DNA from: a virus
DNA length: 64,000 nt
Reading direction: 5' to 3' (one strand)
IMG/VR virus record: IMGVR_UViG_3300042914_002334
Location: 32,001 to 96,000 of that record
In this document: in pieces, positions 48,903 through 58,963 of the stretch
How positions within the stretch are numbered: position 1 is the stretch's first letter
Layout of the letters: each line of letters opens with the position of its first letter
Notes under the pieces: generated by a model
What the model was told of the DNA's origin: nothing
Database searches by the model: none
The model's input: the letters and a program-made list of their open reading frames with translations, nothing else
Program-made: the position numbers and the translations under genes

Positions 48903-50909
48903 TTATGTTTTGTGTCCCATCCACTTTTTTAATTTCTTAAGTTGGATGTCGTATTCCTCAGAGTCATCTGGCTCTGAAGTTTGTTGGTTGGCCTGACTTA
49001 ATGGACTAAGGCTTCCGCCCCCAAAGTAATCTGGATTATCTGCCTCGTTTAGTCCTCCAAGAACTCGATTCAAAATTGCTTTAATCTTTTTTGGTGCCTT
49101 GGCCAATGGATACAAGTCGCTGATAATATCTGTTCTGATGTCATCGTCAGCCGATGTATACATATTTCGTATTTTGCTGGCGCTATCAATAACTTGTCCT
49201 GCAATCTCAAAATCGATTTTTGGAACAATATAAATGTATCCGTGTTTGCTCATTGATTGATCGGAGTCATCTGAATATTGCTGAAAGTAGGAAGGACTTC
49301 CATCCTTTTTTGGAGCAAAATTAAATCTATCGCTGTCCTTTTCACTGACTGCAAATACCAATATAGTATTTTCTGGATCGTAGTTACTTGTAATCTCGTT
49401 TGCCTTATATGGACTCTTTACTTGCACAAATCGGTCTTTTGGAACACCGCTTTGATTGGCAAGAAATTTTTTATCATCAAAACCAAATGGTCGTTCAGTT
49501 TTAGTGTCAGTGGCCGCCACGAACACTTCTCCACTTGGAAATTTATGTGCTAGATGATCAAATACACTTGCGTGTCCTAAGTGAAATGGATGAAATCCAC
49601 CTGGGTAAATGACTAAAACTTTCTTATCGTCAATATTTTCTTTAAGAGTCGGTTGCGCTGATTGTGGTCGTTGTTTGGCTAATCTTGCTTGTGCGTTTTG
49701 TCTGCTAAAACCAAGACGATCTACTATTTTTATTCCGCCACTTACGAATCCTTCTTGACTAGCAGTCATTTCACCATCAGACGTAGTAGATCGTAAATAG
49801 CCCTGTAATGGACTTTGTTGTGCCGCTTTTTCTAGCGATGGAATCAAACTCATTTTGTATCTATAAACTTTTATCCAATTATCCCATATTTTGCTAATAA
49901 TGCTGCGATTTTTTTCGTAGTAGTCAATTAAGGCTTCATATTTTCTACGTGATATTGGAAGCTTTGGTTTTGCCAATTCCGAATCCAATCTCAATTTGTA
50001 AGCAGTATCAAATCCAGAATCTAGTGTTTTTAGATCAAGTTTCCCAACATTGATTAATCCATTTACGTAAGTAGTAAATCTGTTGGCAAAATTAGTAGCA
50101 GATTCGGGCGCGCCTGTAATAAACTTTTTAATCGCTGAGTCATCCGATATAGTTGATTCTGCGACAGATTTTAGTTGTTGATTTACGTTTATAGTTGGAG
50201 TCACTGGCATACGAACAGGCAACAGTGCTACGTTTCCACGACGACGTAATTTTCCTAATCCTGATAGCCAAGTGATATTACTTTCTGTGGTTGCCGCATT
50301 TGGTGGCAAGTATCTATGTATAGCTATTCCAGCAATTTTATCACGTAAATATTCTCCAAGATCGCTATCAACCGGAACACGATACATTAGTCCTTCTGGG
50401 TTAGCTTGAAACTGATAAACCCGATTTGAATTTATATTTTGTACGGTCAGTGGCTTGCTAGGATAGAATATTAAGTCTCCCATATACCAACCAGTATTAC
50501 CACTATAAGAGGCTTCCAATGATTTCCAAAGTGATGCGACTGTTCTAGACAAATCTGTTCTTGCCTTTTCTCCACGAGCCGCTTCTCGTTGTGCGAATTC
50601 TTCTGGGCTATAAACGGCACGATTTTCGCGATTGGAGCTATTAAACATATGCTTGTCTAGTATAGCAAATCTTCCATCTGACCCACTACCGAATACTAGT
50701 GCTGGCCATCCATCTATTTTTATAGTTACCGCTTGTGGACGCTCTATAGTCGCATTTAGTCCAGCTATTGCTTGAGATAGCGGAGTATATACTTGACCTT
50801 TCCCAGCTTCTAGTCCGCCCCAGATCACCATGTCTTCTGGGTGATCCATATGTCCAGCGGCCTCTAATAGAAGCGTTTTATTTTCTAATATAAGTTCTCT
50901 GGACAACAT
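48903..50909 (-). CDS. Fusion of a KxDG (ligase-motif) domain and an HxGH nucleotidyltransferase
   Basis: HMDHPED..TIKIDGWPALVFG...QEGFV..IKIVDR, then YPGGFHPFHLGH...SASKIR. Confidence 0.7.
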   Translation of the reverse strand: MLSRELILENKTLLLEAAGHMDHPEDMVIWGGLEAGKGQVYTPLSQAIAGLNATIERPQAVTIKIDGWPALVFGSGSDGRFAILDKHMFNSSNRENRAVYSPEEFAQREAARGEKARTDLSRTVASLWKSLEASYSGNTGWYMGDLIFYPSKPLTVQNINSNRVYQFQANPEGLMYRVPVDSDLGEYLRDKIAGIAIHRYLPPNAATTESNITWLSGLGKLRRRGNVALLPVRMPVTPTINVNQQLKSVAESTISDDSAIKKFITGAPESATNFANRFTTYVNGLINVGKLDLKTLDSGFDTAYKLRLDSELAKPKLPISRRKYEALIDYYEKNRSIISKIWDNWIKVYRYKMSLIPSLEKAAQQSPLQGYLRSTTSDGEMTASQEGFVSGGIKIVDRLGFSRQNAQARLAKQRPQSAQPTLKENIDDKKVLVIYPGGFHPFHLGHASVFDHLAHKFPSGEVFVAATDTKTERPFGFDDKKFLANQSGVPKDRFVQVKSPYKANEITSNYDPENTILVFAVSEKDSDRFNFAPKKDGSPSYFQQYSDDSDQSMSKHGYIYIVPKIDFEIAGQVIDSASKIRNMYTSADDDIRTDIISDLYPLAKAPKKIKAILNRVLGGLNEADNPDYFGGGSLSPLSQANQQTSEPDDSEEYDIQLKKLKKWMGHKT

Positions 50910-50910
50910 A

Positions 50911-52638
50911 TTATTTAATCCACTTTGCTACCTGTTCTCCAACAATCGTGTCTACCATTTTATCAATTGATTCTCTAAAAAGATCGATAGGGGGTAGTGT
51001 CGATGGCTCATCCGGTTCTAAATGCAACTTTCGAAATTCACGATTAGGTGCGCCACGAGTGTTTAATGGTTCTGGGTTTTTATCACCTTTAGATTTGTCC
51101 AAAAATGCTAAAGTGTTAAGAAGTCTATTTAATTCTAATATTGTGTGTTTAAGAATTATTTTAGAAAACGATCTGTCAGTAGTCAACTCATTTAAACTTT
51201 TAACGCTGTGATTCGACGATAATCGAACTAATAAATGCAACATAATCGCCTCGGTCGTGTCTGCCAACCGAGTATATTTTTTATCACTTTTTATTTTAAC
51301 TAAATCATTTTCCAAGAATCGTAGCACATTAGTGAACAGACGTATAATTGCATCTGCATGCTTATTTTCGTCTTCGTCCGTAGAATCAAGAAGAGAGTTT
51401 AGAGTTAGTACACTCTTGATGTATCGTTCTACAGAGGCTCTGGGAAGCCCAGTTGTGCTCCAAATTTCGTATGGATCAGCCATCTCATTTAACTGATATT
51501 TTTTGTTTTCTTTAAGTTCACTCATTTCTGGCTCTTTTTCAGTTTGAATTTTGCCTGCACCAAATCGTTTTAAGATATTGCGTGCTTTATACTCTGCATC
51601 TTGTTCTTGATCGGGAGTAAAACTAGGCTTAACGTATGGTTCATCTTTTTTTGTTTTCATAGACGAAATTATTGAGATTTTGTCGTTCAGCGCATCAAGT
51701 TTATTGGAAACTGTATCAAAATTTACAGTGGTCGAGTTGACGAAATCGGGAAATTCTTCGTCAGTTACACTCAGAATTTTTGGCAAATCTTTGTTTAAAA
51801 AGTTTTTAATCAAAGTGCTTGCTTGTTTACTTCTCTTACCAACCGCTTTGCGATATTTTTGTGTTCTGTCAGAAGATATTGCCTGTTTAACTTTATCTTC
51901 TATTTCTTTTCCTATTTCTTTTTCTCGTTGCTCTAACTCTTGTTGTTTCTTTTCTATCTGAGCAATTTTTCCACTCACATCTGCTTTTTGTGTTTCTATG
52001 TCTTTTTGCTGTGATGTTACTTTTGCAGCAACATCGCCGAGTTGTTTTAACTTTTCTTTTTCTAATGATTGTTCACCAGACATTGTTTTAATCTGACTTA
52101 CGAGATTAGTAAACTCTTGTGGGTTTATTTTTTCGATATTTTTCTTAGCGTATTCCAAATCTTGCTTTAATTGATTATATTGCTCATCGTTCATTCCTGG
52201 CTTATTTTTTAACTCTTCTACCTGAGCCAGTGCTTTTTCTACCTCTGTTGCATTTACTTTTCTTTGCTCAACGTCAGTTGATATTTTTCCACTTAGAGTT
52301 TTTAATCTGTTTATTTCAGCGTCAGATTGCTCTCCTGATTGAGCAACCGTTTCTAACTCTTGCTGCATTTTTGTTAGATTAGAGGTTAGTTTCGCGTTTT
52401 CTCTTCGCTGAGCGTTTATAACGGCGTTTTGCTCTAAATCTCTCGTGTCAAACTGCTTTAACTTATCGTCCAGATATAATCCAAGAGCCTGATCTTTTGT
52501 TAGTTCTGGATATGATCTTGTGGCCTGATAAACGATATCACGATCACGAGAAATAGACTTTTCTATTCCAGTTTTTGGATTTACAGCAGCCTCGTATATG
52601 TCATTTGCCCAACTTTCAAAATCTCTAAGTTGTTTCAT
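50911..52638 (-). CDS. Coiled-coil protein, probably head-internal
   Basis: Long heptad region; IYE, LKE and LNE sites. Confidence 0.55.
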   Translation of the reverse strand: MKQLRDFESWANDIYEAAVNPKTGIEKSISRDRDIVYQATRSYPELTKDQALGLYLDDKLKQFDTRDLEQNAVINAQRRENAKLTSNLTKMQQELETVAQSGEQSDAEINRLKTLSGKISTDVEQRKVNATEVEKALAQVEELKNKPGMNDEQYNQLKQDLEYAKKNIEKINPQEFTNLVSQIKTMSGEQSLEKEKLKQLGDVAAKVTSQQKDIETQKADVSGKIAQIEKKQQELEQREKEIGKEIEDKVKQAISSDRTQKYRKAVGKRSKQASTLIKNFLNKDLPKILSVTDEEFPDFVNSTTVNFDTVSNKLDALNDKISIISSMKTKKDEPYVKPSFTPDQEQDAEYKARNILKRFGAGKIQTEKEPEMSELKENKKYQLNEMADPYEIWSTTGLPRASVERYIKSVLTLNSLLDSTDEDENKHADAIIRLFTNVLRFLENDLVKIKSDKKYTRLADTTEAIMLHLLVRLSSNHSVKSLNELTTDRSFSKIILKHTILELNRLLNTLAFLDKSKGDKNPEPLNTRGAPNREFRKLHLEPDEPSTLPPIDLFRESIDKMVDTIVGEQVAKWIK

Positions 52639-52639
52639 T

Positions 52640-54064
52640 TTACGCTCCGAATTTTAACCCGCTCAATTTTCTAATTCTTGCCAATTCGTCTTCTTTCAAA
52701 TCTAAAGGAGGAGCAATTCCCATCTTAGAAGATGCTGGTTCCTGACCAGATTTTGAGCCCATTGATTGCGACTTCTGTGGTGATTGTTTCATTGGACTTG
52801 GCTCTGGGACAGGATTAGATGGCTCAGGCTCATTTTTCACTTCATCTTCTGGCTCAGAGAAATTTTCCTTTTCTTGCAATCTGTCAAGCACATTCTTGAA
52901 TTCCGAACGATCATGATGCTCTTCAATCCATCCGATAATAATAGGCTTAGAATCCAAATCTGGGTTTCCAGAAGCCTTTCTTAATCTATCAAACAACTCA
53001 TCGTCATCAATATATTGTTTGATTTGTTCTATTGAATTAATTCCATCTGGTCCCACTGGCAATTCTTCACTCGAAGATAAAAGTTCCACTAATTCTTCTA
53101 CTTGTGCATCATTTGACAAATCTTCTTCTAATGATGCGTCTTCTGTAATTGCAGTTGGCTTAAGACGACTAAGAACGGAGAACGCTGATTCTATTCTTGG
53201 GTCCAACTTTTGTTGAGTAAACATCTCAGTGAAATTAGTTATCTCATTCGACTCTTCCATTAGAGTTGGAGTCCAATTTTCAAAATAATTTCTGAATCCG
53301 CGACTGCTGCGAAGTTTTTTCATTGTTTCTCTCAGTCGAATGTATTCACTTGCCGCTTCGTGAATCATCATATTCACGCTTTCATTGAATTGTCCGTTGC
53401 GGGTTGCTCTAATAAATCCGCCTAATTTTTTAATGTCTTCACACATTTGCGCGATGTGTTTACCACGCTCGTCGTATGGGTTGCCACCTTCTGCGATCAA
53501 TCTTGCAAAAGCATATCCTTCACTTGGTTTCTTAGTTGGTAAAACAAATCTTTCACCAAACTGATTTTCAACAAATATTTGATCCACATGTCTAAATCGT
53601 TGATCGGTTTCTTCCATTTGTTTATTGTGTTTAATAACCATCTTTACTGATTCGGGGGTAGAGTCGCTATAACTTTTTGTTTTTGTTCCAAAGTATCCTT
53701 CATTGATACCCTTTCTATACTCTCTTCTCTCCATCCAGTCATTAAAATTATCAAGTGCGTCTAACTTGAACGATAGTGCCTTTCTGGTTGCCCAATTACT
53801 CATGTCTTCAACAAAATCTGTCCATTGAGGAGTGACCTCTTTGATAGCGTTCTTGCTAAAGAATATAATCAATTCTTTGACATCATTGATTGCCGCAATA
53901 AAGGTTCCGTGTTTTACTTTTTTAGTCTTGAATGTGAATTTAAAAGCAGTAGCGTTTTCTGCATTCACTGAAGATTTCAAGTCTTTGATTCCAATTGGAT
54001 CAAAGTTCTTTATTTGTAGCTCATTTTTGAGTTCAACGTTTAGTGAGTCAATCGTCTTAGGCAT
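52640..54064 (-). CDS. Probable head-internal / virion protein
   Basis: Late promoter; INE, FNE, ITE and LKE sites; ends EDELARIRKLSGL. Confidence 0.6.
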   Translation of the reverse strand: MPKTIDSLNVELKNELQIKNFDPIGIKDLKSSVNAENATAFKFTFKTKKVKHGTFIAAINDVKELIIFFSKNAIKEVTPQWTDFVEDMSNWATRKALSFKLDALDNFNDWMERREYRKGINEGYFGTKTKSYSDSTPESVKMVIKHNKQMEETDQRFRHVDQIFVENQFGERFVLPTKKPSEGYAFARLIAEGGNPYDERGKHIAQMCEDIKKLGGFIRATRNGQFNESVNMMIHEAASEYIRLRETMKKLRSSRGFRNYFENWTPTLMEESNEITNFTEMFTQQKLDPRIESAFSVLSRLKPTAITEDASLEEDLSNDAQVEELVELLSSSEELPVGPDGINSIEQIKQYIDDDELFDRLRKASGNPDLDSKPIIIGWIEEHHDRSEFKNVLDRLQEKENFSEPEDEVKNEPEPSNPVPEPSPMKQSPQKSQSMGSKSGQEPASSKMGIAPPLDLKEDELARIRKLSGLKFGA

Positions 54065-54114
54065 TTTTTAGTCCGTTTATATTATATTTATCTATGTTTG
54101 TTTAGCAAACACGA

Positions 54115-54843
54115 TTACGATGGTCCCATACGACCATCAAACAACGCTCTGACATCGCCTACGGTAAAATATCCGCGCTTTTTGATTTCTGGGCGTTCTC
54201 TAAAAACAGGATTTTGATCCCAAACACTACCGCGATTTAACTTATCAGCAGAAATGCTCTTAAACAACGGAATATTATATTGATTTTTTGCTCCAAGAAC
54301 GAAACTGTCTGGTTTGTTATGAGTTATCACCGCTGGCATAAATGTTGACAGATAGATGTCGCTTGCTTTTGATCCAGGTGGTAGTTTTTTAACTTTGTAG
54401 TATTTTAAAACCCAATCGAGTTGTTCAACCGCAGACATTTTTCTTAATGCTTCTGTTGTTGTTCCAAGATATTGAGCCGTTTTTGGCATAAACTGAATCA
54501 GTCCAGTTGCGCCAATTGCGTTTGTTTTACTTGGATCAAAAGTTCCTTTTGTTTCAAACCATATTACTTTAAACAAGTCTTGCGGATTTACTTGTAATGC
54601 GTTAGCGACTTGCTTTAATTTTGCTTGAAATTTTTCACTACGAGCATGTTCTTGCTCTGGATAATTTTTTTGAAGTCGTTCTACTTCTTGCGCGGTGCTG
54701 TATTTCGAGGGGTCTGATTGTTGATTTTGATAATGTTTATATGCAAGACCACCTATGCCCATACCAGCAGCAATTGCCGCGGCAGTAGCATTTTGTTTCC
54801 ATCCTTCATCTACTTTAGATTCTACTATTTCTTTAACATGCAT
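54115..54843 (-). CDS. Lytic transglycosylase (SLT-like)
   Basis: IWFETKGTFDP...GATGLIQFMPKTA lysozyme-fold motifs. Confidence 0.8.
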   Translation of the reverse strand: MHVKEIVESKVDEGWKQNATAAAIAAGMGIGGLAYKHYQNQQSDPSKYSTAQEVERLQKNYPEQEHARSEKFQAKLKQVANALQVNPQDLFKVIWFETKGTFDPSKTNAIGATGLIQFMPKTAQYLGTTTEALRKMSAVEQLDWVLKYYKVKKLPPGSKASDIYLSTFMPAVITHNKPDSFVLGAKNQYNIPLFKSISADKLNRGSVWDQNPVFRERPEIKKRGYFTVGDVRALFDGRMGPS

Positions 54844-54850
54844 CTATTAT

Positions 54851-56410
54851 TTATGATATAACCATAATAAACGGCATCGGTTCAATCTCTTCGCTATGAT
54901 CTCTAATATGTGCATCAAGATCAACATTATAATTTTGCAAATGTTGCAGCATTCTAACTATTAGAACCAGTGCCATTACAAGATCGTCTGTTTCTCCAAG
55001 TTTGGCGGCATAACTACCCCCACTACTAACAAATGTTTTTAACTCACTTATCAATGGTTTACTTGATACTTTTAATTTTTTGCTTTCTATTAGATTTTTT
55101 AATTTGCTACAGGCACTTAGTTTAGATTTGTTTGTGGTATTAAAACCTCTACGATATCGTCTTGCTGATCCAACATTTTTTGGTTCGCTCAACATAGTCC
55201 CTGGTATGTTTTCTTCTCCATACTCGGCTAATGATATGAGTGCTGCTTCTCCAATAGTATTGTTTTCTAAACTATAATATAAATCATTTGGTTGTTTTGT
55301 ATGCTCAACGATTTCTTTATTGATCGTCGCAAGCAGTTTAATTTGTTCTGGAATAGGCGTTCTATTGTGGGTCCACTCAGCAACTTGCTCAGTGGTATCT
55401 GCTTCAAACACTTGTATGGCTGCTGGATCGCCTCCTGTTCCCAAACTCGGGTCTAATGATACTACATATATGTGATTTTTGGACGGCTTCTTAAACCAAC
55501 GAACTTGTCCCGTTTTATAAATTGGTTCTTTAGATTCTAAATTAGATAAGACTATACTATCTATTAAAGTTTCCTCGTCTATCAAGAATTCACAATTGTG
55601 TTCTCGACGAAATCGTTCATCGCCTATCTTACTGCGTTCTTCTTCTGCCCACTTTTCATCACGATCTGGGTGCTGATTCCATAATGCCATATATGGACTG
55701 AATCCATTTTTGCCTAAATTAGTTGGATTACCGTACGCGTCAACTTTTTTGTTGGCTTCTTTCCATATCTGAGCAAATTGATCCTCGTCGCTATTTGGGG
55801 TGCTGGTAATAATACACTTACCGCCTGTTGCTAACGTAGGAGATATAGAAGTCCAGAATTCTTTTGCAATAGTTGGTCTTACGAATGCGAACTCGTCAAG
55901 ATACAGCAGTGACAATGACATGCCTCGTCCAGTTTTTTCGGTAGTGGCACGAGCAACAATACGACTTTTGTTCTCAAAGTCGATATTTCCCTGATTGTAA
56001 CTTTCTACGCCTGGCTTTAACCACATCGGGCACATTTCATATCCGTATCTAATACGCTGCATGATTTCTTGAGCACCGCTATATTGGTGTGCTGCTATCA
56101 ATATGGTCTTGTCATAGTTAAACATAGCAAACCACAACAAGTATCCTGCGGCGCTGGTGGTTTTTCCTAACTGACGCCCGAGTAACGATACAGAGAATCG
56201 ATTTTCGTGATAATTTTTAATTAGATCGACTTGATAATCATACGGATCGTATAATACTTGTCCCCGGGTTGGGTGTTGAATGTAGAAGTAATTTCTCATC
56301 CAATATTCGTATCCAGTAACTGGATCCGCACATTTCAGAACTTCTACTATTTGATCTGGCGTAAGACTTATTACTGCGCCTTTAGAACGAATAAAATTAT
56401 TATCGCTCAT
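54851..56410 (-). CDS. terL: Terminase large subunit (gp17-like)
   Basis: YDYQ, GRQLGKTT, LDEFAFV, ITSTPN, DPSLG, DDLVMAL. Start ATG 56410. Confidence 0.95.
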   Translation of the reverse strand: MSDNNFIRSKGAVISLTPDQIVEVLKCADPVTGYEYWMRNYFYIQHPTRGQVLYDPYDYQVDLIKNYHENRFSVSLLGRQLGKTTSAAGYLLWFAMFNYDKTILIAAHQYSGAQEIMQRIRYGYEMCPMWLKPGVESYNQGNIDFENKSRIVARATTEKTGRGMSLSLLYLDEFAFVRPTIAKEFWTSISPTLATGGKCIITSTPNSDEDQFAQIWKEANKKVDAYGNPTNLGKNGFSPYMALWNQHPDRDEKWAEEERSKIGDERFRREHNCEFLIDEETLIDSIVLSNLESKEPIYKTGQVRWFKKPSKNHIYVVSLDPSLGTGGDPAAIQVFEADTTEQVAEWTHNRTPIPEQIKLLATINKEIVEHTKQPNDLYYSLENNTIGEAALISLAEYGEENIPGTMLSEPKNVGSARRYRRGFNTTNKSKLSACSKLKNLIESKKLKVSSKPLISELKTFVSSGGSYAAKLGETDDLVMALVLIVRMLQHLQNYNVDLDAHIRDHSEEIEPMPFIMVIS

Positions 56411-56604
56411 ATTGGCTTTTCCCCAGTAAGATATGGCTTTGAAAACCACAAACGAAACCATTCATCAGTTCCGGGTCTGATGTTATTCTCTCTCATTAGT
56501 CGTGCCTTTTCTGCGGCAGTAATACTGATGTTGCTACCTTCAGTGGGATTGCTATGTTTAGTTGTTATTCCAGCAATTACGCGCCATCTGTCTAATTCAT
56601 CCAT
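56407..56604 (-). CDS. Small protein coupled to terL
   Basis: ATGA overlap; MDELDRWRVIAGI...PGTDEWFRLWF. Confidence 0.7.
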   Translation of the reverse strand: MDELDRWRVIAGITTKHSNPTEGSNISITAAEKARLMRENNIRPGTDEWFRLWFSKPYLTGEKPI

Positions 56605-56634
56605 ATTGTATTTATTGACAATATAACAAATTAC

Positions 56635-57015
56635 TTAAAAACCCTTAAATGGTTTTACTGGACTGACATTTTTGACATGCTTTGGCTCTACACTTTTCTT
56701 ACTACTTGTTTCTATTTTCTTAGTAAGACCCATTGTCTTCATTGCCGCGTCTATGTATCCTTCTAATTCTATGCCGTATCCAATTACAATTTCATTTTCG
56801 CCCCATTGTGATTCAGCAGAAATAGAAGAAACTCCATCTTTCTTTCTTTGCTCTTCTCCACGATGACCGGCGACTAACACTCCAAATCTGTATTGACGAT
56901 ATGCATCTTGATTTTTTAATTCTGGAATTGCATACGAATGAGGAAGCGTATCGTAAATATCTGGGTGCGCTTTCTGCTCGTGCTTAGATTCATTGATAAA
57001 TTCTCTGGCTCTCAT
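56635..57015 (-). CDS. Probable head-internal protein
   Basis: MRAREFINES leader. Confidence 0.6.
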   Translation of the reverse strand: MRAREFINESKHEQKAHPDIYDTLPHSYAIPELKNQDAYRQYRFGVLVAGHRGEEQRKKDGVSSISAESQWGENEIVIGYGIELEGYIDAAMKTMGLTKKIETSSKKSVEPKHVKNVSPVKPFKGF

Positions 57016-57022
57016 AAGAATC

Positions 57023-57277
57023 TTAGTTTAGGTCTTGCCATATTTGATCAATCCCATTAAATCCACGAAATTTTCCAGTAAGTGGGTTGTAATATATTCG
57101 ACCTGGCTCAGGATTTACCGGATCAACATCTGATTGCGGTACGATGAAACTTGGCGGTGCTTCACTTAGTGTGTATAACTCAGTAAAATTGCTGTTGATT
57201 TTTTGAAACGCCACTCTGAGAGGATCGCCCTGTCTGTCGTTTGCCTGAGTCCCAACATTGATATTTTGCTGTGCCAT
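57023..57277 (-). CDS. Small protein with the T4 gp9/gp10-type N-terminal motif
   Basis: INVGTQANDRQGDPLRVAFQKINSNFTELY. Confidence 0.75.
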   Translation of the reverse strand: MAQQNINVGTQANDRQGDPLRVAFQKINSNFTELYTLSEAPPSFIVPQSDVDPVNPEPGRIYYNPLTGKFRGFNGIDQIWQDLN

Positions 57278-57311
57278 AAATTATCCAATACATACTATTT
57301 ATCACGTACAT

Positions 57312-57372
57312 AAAAAATAGGTTATCATATTTCTACGATAACCTATTAGTCTTCCCATCCCGATTGTGAAGT
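57312..57372 (-). ncRNA. Candidate late small RNA (about 60 nt)
   Basis: TATAAATA at 57378-57385, then about 25 nt, an 11-bp hairpin and a U-tract; no credible ORF. Confidence 0.4.
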
Positions 57373-57460
57373 ATAAGTATTTATACTTTTTGACCAAAAT
57401 AGTTGATTTAACATCACGCATTGTGTATCCTGATATATATTATAGAAAGCGAATACGTCC

Positions 57461-58918
57461 ATGCGTGATCAAATACTTGAAATTATTAATACTCATCCAA
57501 AACACTATAGTTTATTGATTAAGAAAAACACAGCGTTACACAATTGGATAAAAGATAACTCGCAGATTGAGTGCGATCATTTTCCAACTATGATTTACAG
57601 TGCTGTATACGGAGTTAATCCAATATGTAGTAATAATAATCTAAAAAAGCTAACAAGATGGTCAACAGGGCTTGTTAACTGCGGAGCGGCAAATGTCTGT
57701 GCGTGTACTAAATCTGATATCTCTAAAAATGTAAGCGCAACTAAACAAAATTACAGTGAGCATCGCAAAACAGAAATAGAAGACAAAAGAAAAAGCACAA
57801 TGCTTCTCAATTACGGGGTTGAATATAACAGTCAGCGTGAATCGGTAAAGACAATATTAAAAACATCAAAATTAAAAGAACATCAATTTAACACGTTGAT
57901 TGACCGTGATTGGTTAGAGCGTGAGTATGTAGTAAATAAACGTACTGCCGTTGATATTTCTAATGAAATAGGCTGTCACGATAGTGCGGTTAGACGATAT
58001 GTAGCTCTACACGGATTTGATATTAGAAAATATAGTCAACGAAGTACATATGAATCAATGATTTGCCGTTGGCTAGACAATAACAATATACAGTATGAGA
58101 TTTGTAATAGAACTATTCTGAATGGAGCAGAAATAGACATTTACATACCAGCACACAAGTTAGCTATTGAAGTTAACGGTCTTTTATATCACAGCTATAA
58201 TCCAAATTCGTTTCATATTCTAAGACAAAAAAATAAAAAGGAAGAGCGAACAAGACACCTTAATAAAACTTTGTTAGCAAATGAAAAATCTGTTCATCTA
58301 TTACATCTAAATGATAATCAAATAAAAAATAAATGGGATGTTGTAACCAACATACTATCAAGTAAATTAAAACTACAGAATAAAATATGGGCCAGACAAT
58401 GCGAAATTGTAGAAGTTAATTCTGCTGAGCAACGAGAATTTTTTAATCGTGTTCATATTCAAGGATGGGTAGCATCAAAAAAAGCATACGGGTTATATTA
58501 TAACAGCAGATTAGTTCAATGTATTAGCGTTGGAAATAATCGGTATCGTTCCAATGAGTTAGAGATTTTAAGATTCGCCAGTGAAATGAATACTACTGTA
58601 GTTGGCGGATTGAGTAGATTACTAAAACATATTCAATCAATATTCTCAGATATCACTATAACAACTTACTGTGATAGAGATATCAGTAACGGTAACGGGT
58701 ATATCAGTGCTGGATTTAAAATTATTGAGTATACTAAACCTGGATATTTTTGGACTGATGGCACAGATATTATTAGTAGATACAAAACGCAAAAAACTCA
58801 ATTAAGTAAATGGTTGTCGCAATACAACTCTAATGAGAGTGAAAGTGTAAATATGTTTCGTGCTGGGTATCTGAGATATTGGAATACTGGTAATGTAGTA
58901 TTACGCTATGAGAAATAA
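57461..58918 (+). mobile_element. Free-standing homing endonuclease (Hef/Vsr-like PD-(D/E)XK)
   Basis: YGVEYNSQ, an HTH, STYE, EIDIYIPAHKLAIEVNGLLYH. AT-rich, opposite strand, next to the capsid gene. Confidence 0.75.
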
Positions 58919-58943
58919 AAAGGGAACCGAAGTTCCCTTTTTT
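58917..58943. terminator. Bidirectional terminator after the major capsid gene
   Basis: aaaagggaac-cgaa-gttccctttt (C-UUCG-G loop on the minus strand). Confidence 0.88.
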
Positions 58944-58963
58944 GTTTGAACATAATTCCAATA

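Noticed and set aside
56407-56604. Small terminase subunit
   Set aside because: The position fits, but it is only 65 aa with no recognisable gp16 features.
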